The notes beneath the pieces are model-generated. The model searched no databases, was not told where the DNA came from, and saw nothing but the letters and a program-made list of their open reading frames with translations. A stretch of 64,000 nucleotides of DNA from Parcubacteria group bacterium GW2011_GWA2_43_11 (GTDB lineage: Bacteria; Patescibacteriota; Minisyncoccia; Phycocordibacterales; UBA12088): assembly GCA_000998805.1 (NCBI GenBank), contig LCFC01000004.1, positions 2,446 through 66,445 on the forward strand, written 5' to 3'. Positions within the stretch are counted from its first letter, which is position 1. Every line of letters starts with the position of its first letter. Below, in pieces: positions 56,692 through 64,000 of this stretch. The translations under genes and the position numbers were made by a program.

Positions 56692-57255
56692 ATGCTGACT
56701 TTCAGAGAAAAAATAAATACCGTATTTAACGTCATGAGCGAGGAGTTTGGGTACACCAACAAAATGGAGGCACCAAAGATTGAGAAGATTGTTATCTCTA
56801 CCGGTATCGGTAAAATTTCCGATGCAAAGAAAGTTGAACTCATTCAAGAACGACTTGCTCGTATTACGGGACAGAAAGCAGCGCCACGAGGAGCGAAGAA
56901 GAGTATTGCAGCGTTTAAGGTGCGAGAAGGTGATGTTGTGGGGTACCAGACAACACTACGTGGTGAGCGTATGCGTGACTTTTTCGATAAACTCATACAT
57001 GTAGCACTTCCACGAATGCGTGATTTCCGCGGTATCAAGCCCTCTGCTATTGATGAGCTTGGAAATATTACGATTGGTATTACCGAGCACACTATATTCC
57101 CCGAGACGTCAGACGAGGACCAGCGCGATGTGTTTGGACTTGCGGTAACTATCGTGACCACATCGAAGTCAAAGAAGGAAGCAGAAACGTTCCTTCGTCT
57201 TATGGGAGTACCACTCAAGAAAGCAGAGGAAAAGAAGAAGAAAAAGAGCAGATAA
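56692..57255 (+). CDS. rplE: 50S ribosomal protein L5
   Basis: Conserved L5 core. Confidence 0.95.
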   Translation: MLTFREKINTVFNVMSEEFGYTNKMEAPKIEKIVISTGIGKISDAKKVELIQERLARITGQKAAPRGAKKSIAAFKVREGDVVGYQTTLRGERMRDFFDKLIHVALPRMRDFRGIKPSAIDELGNITIGITEHTIFPETSDEDQRDVFGLAVTIVTTSKSKKEAETFLRLMGVPLKKAEEKKKKKSR

Positions 57256-57274
57256 TTTTCACTATATACAACAA

Positions 57275-57344
57275 CAAAAGCGCCGAACGGCGCTTTTGTG
57301 TTTTGTATAAATAGTCAACACCCAGCATTTCTGCTGGGTGTTTT
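57275..57344 (+). terminator. Two tandem terminator hairpins after rplE (AAAAGCGCCGAACGGCGCTTTT; ACACCCAGCATTTCTGCTGGGTGTTTT)
   Basis: Both are followed by T-runs. Confidence 0.6.
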
Positions 57345-57362
57345 GGGATGGAATTTTTGATG

Positions 57363-58211
57363 TTACTTTTCACCGACGTGGCAGAGATAGTTATTTCGAC
57401 TGTGGGCATGACGATAATGCTCTTTAAGACCAAAACGTATATAGAACTCTATACGTTCTTCAAGTTCTGGAATGTACGTACAGAGTTTATCGAGTTCAAA
57501 CATGCGCTTTTCAATCTGTTTTTCCACCTCTGATTCTAAACAGTGTTCCCAGCGTTTTTTAAGTTCCGTAAAGTCAAAAATACCACTGAGTTGTTGAGTG
57601 TTCAGAACGTACATTTGGTCTTGGTAGAGTTTCAAGCGAGGTTCAGTAGCAGATACTGCGCGGAGATATTGAAACCTATCTATAAGCTCATTGTAGTTCG
57701 TAATCTGCGGGACTTCCTTGTCGTCGAGTTCCAGCAAGCGTTTTTTAAGATGTTCATGGATTCGTTCACATTCTTTCCCATAGCGCCGATAGAATTCTTC
57801 AATATTCCGCAGCTTCGGATAATAGTTACATGAGTCAATACATGACCCAATGTAGCGAAACAATTGCACTCTAAGTGCAGAGTTGCTTCTGCTGTGCTTA
57901 TATCGTTCTGCAAGTGCTAGGTGATCCAGGTGATTAGTCATGTTTGGTAGGTCAGTTTTGTTCACCTCAACCATAAGCTCTTCCATCCTGTACCAAAGGA
58001 GTGGCAACTCAGCCTGACGTGCTTTTTCCCAGATATACATGAGTTCAGGATAGTACGGCTGGTTTTCAGCAAGAGTGCACAGGTCCCTTGTGTGTCTCTC
58101 TACCATAATTCTGGTATACGATTTTTGTCTGAACCACTCGATAAGACTAAAGTAATGATCAATATCATTACGTTGTATGAGTCTGTCCTCTGAAATATTC
58201 GCACTTGTCAT
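57363..58211 (-). CDS. Hypothetical predicted alpha-helical protein (282 aa) on the opposite strand inside the spc operon; AGGAGG Shine-Dalgarno
   Basis: No recognised family. Confidence 0.55.
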   Translation of the reverse strand: MTSANISEDRLIQRNDIDHYFSLIEWFRQKSYTRIMVERHTRDLCTLAENQPYYPELMYIWEKARQAELPLLWYRMEELMVEVNKTDLPNMTNHLDHLALAERYKHSRSNSALRVQLFRYIGSCIDSCNYYPKLRNIEEFYRRYGKECERIHEHLKKRLLELDDKEVPQITNYNELIDRFQYLRAVSATEPRLKLYQDQMYVLNTQQLSGIFDFTELKKRWEHCLESEVEKQIEKRMFELDKLCTYIPELEERIEFYIRFGLKEHYRHAHSRNNYLCHVGEK

Positions 58212-58640
58212 TATAGGTACCTCCTGAAAGTTTGATATTCTGAAAAGTTCCTGCTATTTCCTACCAGCACCATATATCAAAGGTGTAAATAGTCAACGCC
58301 CAACAGTTTAGTCAAAGGTTGTTTGAGAGGAAAACATATAGAACGCTATCTGATAGCGTTCTTCTAGTACGGGGCGAAGGTGGGAGCCTTGGAGGGTGTC
58401 ATTGTGAACCCGCAGGCGCGACAATCCACGTTTTTCATCCCATTAAAGACAGGTCATCACAGAGTGACCGTAGTTTATATGATTAATTGCCAGTGGTTAT
58501 ATCACATCTCATATCTTTAACTATTTTTGGAAACATCACTGGTTTGGTCTCTAACGGGATTCATTTAAAATTGAATCATTTTGTCATTCAATAAAAATTA
58601 AAAATTACTCATCCTTTCAACTTTATAACTTTATGAACTT

Positions 58641-59690
58641 TTAACTTACTTGTTTCTTCGTAGGGGTCGTGCGCAAGTGCGTGATTGATACCACAGTACC
58701 ACGTGCTGTACTCACTCGGCTTATCTCCGCATGTAATTGTTGTGCAAGTGATTCAATGATATTTGTACCTAGACCTTCTTTATTTGATGCAGTCGCTTCA
58801 AGTCCAACACCATCATCCCCAATACTGAGCACCCATTTTTTTGCATTTGATGTAAAGGTAACAGTTACTTGACCCTCACCTTTAGGAAAGGCGTGTTTTA
58901 AGGAGTTGATTACTAGCTCAGTTGTGATGAGTCCTATGCCAATAGCCTCATCGGGCGTGACAGAGCCAGCCCCGCCCACAACTTTAAGGGTAATAGGTTT
59001 ACGTCCTCCTATCATCGATTTTGTGAGACTCTTGCAGAGTACACGTAAGTAGTTCAATACAGGCACCATAGAGCCCTCACTTACAGGGTCGAGGTTACGT
59101 TGGACAGTCGCAATAGAGATAATTCGATCATGTGCATCTTCGAGGTGTGCCTTACTCTCCTTTGAGGTCACGCTATCGGACTTGAGAAGGATGATACTTG
59201 CGATAAGTTGCAGACTGTTTGCAATGCGATGACGCATCTCTTTGAGAAGCGTATCCTTTTGCAACATCAAGTTTTCTTTATCTCGCTGTACCTTACGCTC
59301 TTCGGTTATGTCGGTTATGGAAATAAATATATCTTCGTGCTTGTCAGCACCTGTTTGTATTGTATGTGCGTCCATAAGCATCACCCGCAAGCCAAGATTT
59401 TCGAATGTATGTACGACTTCGTATCCCTCAACTTTTGTTTTGTCTGGGATGACTTGCTCAAGAAGTGATGTGAGGGCGGGGACATTCCATTCACCTGTGC
59501 CTAATGCATCAAATCTTTTTCCGTTAATTTTTTTTGAATCAACGTTAAACCTGTCATAAAAAGCATGATTAGCAGCTACAACTTGTAATTTACTATTGAG
59601 TACTACTATTGGTTCAGACAATGTCTCCACAATTGCATTAGACAATTCAAAGTTCAGGCCCTCTATAGGTTTTATAGGCTTTTTATTCAT
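58641..59690 (-). CDS. Cytoplasmic sensor histidine kinase (PAS domain + HisKA_2/HWE-type H-box + HATPase_c)
   Basis: H-box EMRHRIANSLQLIASIIL; ATP-binding G-boxes DDGVGL, GLGTNI; no TM segment. Confidence 0.7.
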   Translation of the reverse strand: MNKKPIKPIEGLNFELSNAIVETLSEPIVVLNSKLQVVAANHAFYDRFNVDSKKINGKRFDALGTGEWNVPALTSLLEQVIPDKTKVEGYEVVHTFENLGLRVMLMDAHTIQTGADKHEDIFISITDITEERKVQRDKENLMLQKDTLLKEMRHRIANSLQLIASIILLKSDSVTSKESKAHLEDAHDRIISIATVQRNLDPVSEGSMVPVLNYLRVLCKSLTKSMIGGRKPITLKVVGGAGSVTPDEAIGIGLITTELVINSLKHAFPKGEGQVTVTFTSNAKKWVLSIGDDGVGLEATASNKEGLGTNIIESLAQQLHAEISRVSTARGTVVSITHLRTTPTKKQVS

Positions 59691-59785
59691 AACTATATCT
59701 ATATTATATAGTATACGCTATATTTCGGTATTATACTAATTCGTTATGAATTCTACATGGAGATGAATGCTTTGGTTTCAATTTG

Positions 59786-59814
59786 TTGACTTACTCTACG
59801 CAACCTGCTAGTAT
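59786..59814 (+). promoter_or_regulatory. Near-consensus promoter TTGACT-17-TAGTAT upstream of rpsN
   Basis: Hexamers visible directly. Confidence 0.5.
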
Positions 59815-60001
59815 GTTCCAACGCTAGAGAAAACAACACTGTTTCTACTCTTTTGGGAAAAAAGCCCAGCGTACACGATAGAAGTAAGTCGGGAGAGCGT
59901 GTAATTGACACCTCAAAGCGATACTGCTACTATGCGCCAAGCTCTTCGGAGCGTTTTATAGTAATACAGTACCAAAACCACGCAATTCAAAAACATTAGG
60001 T

Positions 60002-60187
60002 ATGGCAAAGAAATCTGTAATAGCACGATCAAAGAAGACGCCGAAATTCAGTACACGAGGTGTAAATCGTTGTTTTCGCTGTGGACGTGGACGAGGATTT
60101 ATGAGAGATTTTGACCTGTGTCGTATTTGTTTTAGAGAATTGGCAAACGAGGGACAGATTCCAGGTATTAAAAAGAGCTCTTGGTAG
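60002..60187 (+). CDS. rpsN: 30S ribosomal protein S14 type Z (zinc-binding)
   Basis: [23 protein letters not shown]. Confidence 0.9.
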   Translation: MAKKSVIARSKKTPKFSTRGVNRCFRCGRGRGFMRDFDLCRICFRELANEGQIPGIKKSSW

Positions 60188-60191
60188 ACAT

Positions 60192-60587
60192 ATGATGACA
60201 GACCCTATTTCAGACATGATAATTCGCATCAAGAATGCCGCTATGGCAGGTAATGATGTGGTATCCATGCCTCAATCAAAAATTAAAGTTGCTATTGCAG
60301 ACAAGCTTAAACAGCGAGGTGTTGTGAGTGATATCGCATCACGCGGAAAGAACGTAGGAAAGACGTTAGAATTGACACTTGCGCGTGACGAGAAGGGTAC
60401 GTACAAGTTTATTGATGTACGTCGTGTTTCTAAGCCTGGATGCCGTGTATATTTCAGTGCGCATGACATACGCCCTATCATGGGTGGCACAGGAACACTG
60501 CTTATCTCAACACCAAAGGGAATTCTTTTTGGTCACGAGGCACGTCAAGAAGGTGTAGGAGGAGAACCATTGTTTGAAATTTGGTAG
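60192..60587 (+). CDS. rpsH: 30S ribosomal protein S8
   Basis: MMTDPISDMIIRIKNA…. Confidence 0.95.
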   Translation: MMTDPISDMIIRIKNAAMAGNDVVSMPQSKIKVAIADKLKQRGVVSDIASRGKNVGKTLELTLARDEKGTYKFIDVRRVSKPGCRVYFSAHDIRPIMGGTGTLLISTPKGILFGHEARQEGVGGEPLFEIW

Positions 60588-60687
60588 CACAGGGTTCTTG
60601 CTGCATGCTTGGTCTCTTGTACGGGAGAGCAGGCATGCGGTAAGAAAAAACCGTAGCTTCATGCAAACATCATCAACAAAAATTACC

Positions 60688-61221
60688 ATGAGTCGAATAG
60701 GAAAAAAACCAGTAGTAGTGCCAGAAAAAACCGATGTTACTATCGTGGATGGTGTGCTTACGGTGCAAGGACCTCTTGGTGTTTTGACAAAAGAAGTGCA
60801 TCCCTACGTTGGAGTGGCTATTGAAGGAAAAGAGGTACAAGTTTCACCTAAAAATGAAACACGCTTAGCAAAGGCACTTTGGGGAACATTTGCATCACAT
60901 TTACAAAATATGATTAAAGGCGTGAATGAGCGGTACACAAAAAAGCTTGTACTTGATGGTATTGGATACAAAATGGCCTCATCGGACAAAGAGCTTACCT
61001 TAAGCCTAGGCTTTTCACATAAAGTTATTATGTCTATTCCTGAAGGCGTCACTGTAACAGTCGAGAAAAACATTCTTACAATTTCAGGAATTGACAAAGA
61101 TGTCGTAGGGCAGTTTTCAGCAAACGTACGAGCAAAAAAGAAGCCGGAGCCTTACAAAGGTAAAGGGTTCCATTATGATGATGAAGTTATCTTGCGTAAA
61201 CAAGGTAAGAAAGCCGCATAA
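60688..61221 (+). CDS. rplF: 50S ribosomal protein L6
   Basis: MSRIGKKPVVVPEKTDVTI…. Confidence 0.9.
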   Translation: MSRIGKKPVVVPEKTDVTIVDGVLTVQGPLGVLTKEVHPYVGVAIEGKEVQVSPKNETRLAKALWGTFASHLQNMIKGVNERYTKKLVLDGIGYKMASSDKELTLSLGFSHKVIMSIPEGVTVTVEKNILTISGIDKDVVGQFSANVRAKKKPEPYKGKGFHYDDEVILRKQGKKAA

Positions 61222-61229
61222 CACTAACT

Positions 61230-61580
61230 ATGAGTACTACAGTTTCAAAACAAGAAAAGAGAACACGACGACATGGACGAGTGCGTTCAAAGATTTCTGG
61301 TACCGGTACATGCCCACGTCTTGCAGTATTTCGTTCAAACCGATTTATGTATGCACAGCTTATTGATGATGAGAAGGCTGTTACACTTGTTGCTCTAGAC
61401 TCAAAGAAGATGGAAGGTGCTAACGCACGAGAACGAGCAATAGCACTAGGGAAGGCACTAGCTACACAAGCAGTCAAGCTTGGTATTGGAAAAGTGGTGT
61501 TTGATCGAGGAGGTTTTCTATATGCAGGGTCTATCAAATCATTCGCTGACAGTGCACGAGAAGGTGGACTCAAATTTTAA
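61230..61580 (+). CDS. rplR: 50S ribosomal protein L18
   Basis: Conserved L18 core. Confidence 0.9.
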   Translation: MSTTVSKQEKRTRRHGRVRSKISGTGTCPRLAVFRSNRFMYAQLIDDEKAVTLVALDSKKMEGANARERAIALGKALATQAVKLGIGKVVFDRGGFLYAGSIKSFADSAREGGLKF

Positions 61581-61590
61581 TACGTAACGT

Positions 61591-62226
61591 ATGAACGAAC
61601 ACACAACAAAAAACACAGGTGAGAATAAAGGTACTGATACTCCAAATACTTCAGCGCCTCAAGGTGCAGGTGCACCACATACTCGTGGAAGCGGTGACCG
61701 ACGTGCACGACGTGTTCGCCGACCTCGAGTTCGAAGTGAGTTTGATAACAAGATTTTAGGCATACGTCGTGTGACGCGTGTTGTTGCCGGAGGACGTCGT
61801 TTCTCGTTTAGTGTAACGATGGTTATTGGAAACGGTGCTGGACAAGTAGGTGTTGGTATCGGCAAAGCGTCGGATACTGCACTAGCTATTGAAAAAGCTA
61901 CTCGTGATGCAAAGAAGCATTTGATTACTGTTCCTCTTACAGATGATCTTTCGATACCTCATGAGGTACGAGCGAAGTATGATGCGGCACAAGTACTTCT
62001 TATACCTACCCCTGGAAAAGGTTTTAAGGCAGGTAGTGCTGTACGTACCGTACTTGAGCTTGCCGGTGTAAAGCATGTGACTGCTAAGATACTTTCTCGA
62101 AGCAAGAATCACTTGAACAATGCCAGAGCTACTGTAGTTGCATTAAAGAAACTCAAGCCCGCTCTGAAGCGAACTACTGACGATAGTACTAAAAAGAAAC
62201 CTGGAACTAAGAATGTAAGCAAATAA
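61591..62226 (+). CDS. rpsE: 30S ribosomal protein S5 (N-terminal extension)
   Basis: …ILGIRRVTRVVAGGRRFSFSV…. Confidence 0.9.
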   Translation: MNEHTTKNTGENKGTDTPNTSAPQGAGAPHTRGSGDRRARRVRRPRVRSEFDNKILGIRRVTRVVAGGRRFSFSVTMVIGNGAGQVGVGIGKASDTALAIEKATRDAKKHLITVPLTDDLSIPHEVRAKYDAAQVLLIPTPGKGFKAGSAVRTVLELAGVKHVTAKILSRSKNHLNNARATVVALKKLKPALKRTTDDSTKKKPGTKNVSK

Positions 62227-62236
62227 TATTTCGACT

Positions 62237-62686
62237 ATGCAGCTCCACAATATCAAAAAAAGCTCAGGAATAACGACAGCGCGACGCATTGGTCGTGGTG
62301 GTAAACGTGGCAAGACGAGTGGTAAGGGACACAAAGGTCAGAAGTCACGAGCTGGGCACAAGATACGCCCTGCAGAACGAGACATGATCAAGCGACTCCC
62401 AAAGCTTCGCGGTCACGGTAAAAACCGCTCACGCACCGTAAATCCAGACAAGGTTGCTCCTTCAGTTGTGAATCTTTCCGTACTCGAAGTACATTTTGCA
62501 GATGGTGACCGAGTATCACCTAAAGCGCTTGTGGTTAAGAAGTTGGTCAACACGCTCTCAGGTCGTGTTCCAAAAATGAAGATACTAGGATTTGGTACAC
62601 TGACAAAGAAACTAACAATAGCAGAATGTGAGGTTTCTAAGAGTGCGAAGGAAGCAATAGAAAAAGTTGGAGGAAAGGTGTTGTAA
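62237..62686 (+). CDS. rplO: 50S ribosomal protein L15. There is no rpmD (L30) between rpsE and rplO.
   Basis: …RRIGRGGKRGKTSGKGHKGQ…. Confidence 0.9.
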   Translation: MQLHNIKKSSGITTARRIGRGGKRGKTSGKGHKGQKSRAGHKIRPAERDMIKRLPKLRGHGKNRSRTVNPDKVAPSVVNLSVLEVHFADGDRVSPKALVVKKLVNTLSGRVPKMKILGFGTLTKKLTIAECEVSKSAKEAIEKVGGKVL

Positions 62687-62733
62687 GCTAGCACAGCATT
62701 TCAGAGAGTGCTACCCACCGTATTGACGTAAAC

Positions 62734-64000
62734 ATGATAGGAGCATTTATACAAAAACTTAAACTCATTTTCGCAGACGGGAATCTTCGCAAGCGCATCT
62801 TTTTTGTACTTGGAGCATTAGCAGTTTTTCGTATTCTTGCTTCCATTCCTATTCCAAGTGTCGACAAACTACAACTCGCTTCATTTCTCGAAAGTCACCA
62901 GTACCTAGGGCTCATGAACATGTTCTCTGGAGGTGGTCTCTCTAATCTTTCTATAGTGATGCTTGGTGTCAGTCCATACATTACTGCTTCTATTATCATG
63001 CAACTCATGAGTATTATGTCGCCAACTATTAAGGCACTACATACAGAAGAAGGTGAAATAGGACGACAAAAGTTTACGCAGTATTCACGAATGCTCACGA
63101 TTCCGCTTGCGTTTGTACAGGCATTTGGTTTCCTTATGCTTTTGTCTCGTCAAGGTATCGTAGGCGACCTTACCATGTTTAGCTTTATTGTGAATGTCAT
63201 GGTTGTTGCTGCCGGCTCTATCCTCCTCATGTGGGTTGGTGAGCTCATTTCCGAGTTTGGTATCGGTAACGGTGTGTCGCTGATTATCTTTGCTGGTATC
63301 GTGGCATCACTCCCTACCACCATTGGGCAAGTACTCTTTAATTTTGACATGGCACAGATACCTACCTACATCGCGTTTATCATTGTGGCGGTGCTCGTGA
63401 CTGCGGTGGTGGTCATTATTACTGAAGCAGAACGGCCTGTCCCTGTCTCGTATGCTAAGCAGGTGCGAGGAGGCAAGAGCTACGGAGGTGTTTCTACCTA
63501 CCTACCGCTCCGAGTGAATCAGGCGGGAGTAATTCCTATTATTTTTGCACTTTCTATTATTCTGTTCCCTCAAATGATACTGAGCTTTTTCCAAGGGTCA
63601 GAGACAGCGAGTGTTGCTGATATGGCAAGCACTATTCTTACCTACTTCACCAATCCATGGATATATGCAGGTGTGTACTTTGTGCTCGTGTTCTTTTTTA
63701 CGTACTTCTATACCGCAGTGACGTTTGACCCTCAATCTATCTCCACTAACCTTCAGAAATCAGGTGCGTTTATCCCAGGCGTACGACCAGGTGCTGCGAC
63801 TGCAGAATATCTTGGAAACATCATTACGCGCATCACACTCGTCGGAGCACTCTTTCTCGGTCTTATCGCGGTCTTGCCACTAGCGATGCAGGGTATCACC
63901 AATAACGGAGCTTTTGCTATTGGAGGTACGGCACTCCTTATTGCGGTTTCGGTGGTATTAGACATTGTCCGCAAAGTTGATGCCCAAATCTCTATTCGCG
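62734..64000 (+). CDS. secY: Preprotein translocase SecY (3' end outside the window)
   Basis: Manual translation MIGAFIQKLKLIFADGNLRKRIFFVLGALAVFRILASIPIP… with multiple TM helices; no stop before 64000. Confidence 0.9.
   Translation, partial: MIGAFIQKLKLIFADGNLRKRIFFVLGALAVFRILASIPIPSVDKLQLASFLESHQYLGLMNMFSGGGLSNLSIVMLGVSPYITASIIMQLMSIMSPTIKALHTEEGEIGRQKFTQYSRMLTIPLAFVQAFGFLMLLSRQGIVGDLTMFSFIVNVMVVAAGSILLMWVGELISEFGIGNGVSLIIFAGIVASLPTTIGQVLFNFDMAQIPTYIAFIIVAVLVTAVVVIITEAERPVPVSYAKQVRGGKSYGGVSTYLPLRVNQAGVIPIIFALSIILFPQMILSFFQGSETASVADMASTILTYFTNPWIYAGVYFVLVFFFTYFYTAVTFDPQSISTNLQKSGAFIPGVRPGAATAEYLGNIITRITLVGALFLGLIAVLPLAMQGITNNGAFAIGGTALLIAVSVVLDIVRKVDAQISIR

Noticed and set aside
57363-58211. 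Calling the 282-aa protein a sulfotransferase, glycosyltransferase or abortive-infection protein
   Set aside because: No diagnostic motif such as a PAPS-binding or DxD signature could be identified. It is left as hypothetical.
1-64000. Alternative genetic code (UGA recoded as Gly or Trp, as in SR1 or Gracilibacteria)
   Set aside because: All conserved genes translate end-to-end with standard stops. Reading through the TGA codons in the rpsS and rpsC fragments gives unrelated sequence. Code 11 is supported.

Overview
This is a 64-kb window at about 45% GC. It looks like a small-genome, fermentative bacterium of the CPR/Patescibacteria type, using the standard genetic code.

**Why CPR-like:** no in-frame TGA is needed anywhere; rpmD (L30) is absent between rpsE and rplO; several ribosomal proteins carry Lys-rich N-terminal extensions; and there is a compact anaerobic gene set (2-oxoacid:ferredoxin oxidoreductase, ADP-forming acetyl-CoA synthetase, ferredoxin, Nfu, NiFe-hydrogenase-like pair, SufBSUC).

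**Gene content, in order:**
- A type IV pilus block on the minus strand (pilB, pilC, two prepilin-type proteins and one further membrane protein).
- nusA, ppa, tig.
- rpsL-rpsG-fusA.
- About 31 kb of metabolic and accessory genes.
- tuf-rpsJ.
- The S10/spc ribosomal operon (rplC through secY).

**Ribosomal operon organisation is unusual:**
- The str operon is split between fusA and tuf by the 31-kb block.
- The S10 operon is split after rpsJ by about 2 kb carrying three tandem paralogous small ORFs.
- The spc operon is split between rplE and rpsN by two opposite-strand genes (an unknown protein and a cytoplasmic PAS/HisKA_2 histidine kinase).
- rpsS and rpsC each read as two out-of-frame pieces missing about 34 internal codons.
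- nusA lacks an in-frame canonical start for its conserved N-terminal domain.

**Repeats:**
- A MITE-like element family with roughly 18-bp terminal inverted repeats (TAGGACTTACGCAAACGG), with at least 8 copies or remnants. It typically begins exactly at or next to stop codons. One copy sits in-frame inside a prepilin leader peptide.
- A 70-nt hairpin repeat family (3 copies).
- A recurring AAAGTT-rich 3' motif.
- A conserved terminator-like hairpin pair.

**Most likely novel region:** an AT-rich island at roughly 35.6–41.1 kb. It contains:
- a 1.37-kb cassette (405-aa acidic protein) bracketed by 41-bp direct repeats that duplicate the start of the downstream gene;
- an operon of unknown proteins ending in a HycI-like maturation protease;
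- a nearby minimal two-subunit NiFe-hydrogenase-like pair with atypical metal-site motifs.

No CRISPR array, rRNA or confident tRNA was found.
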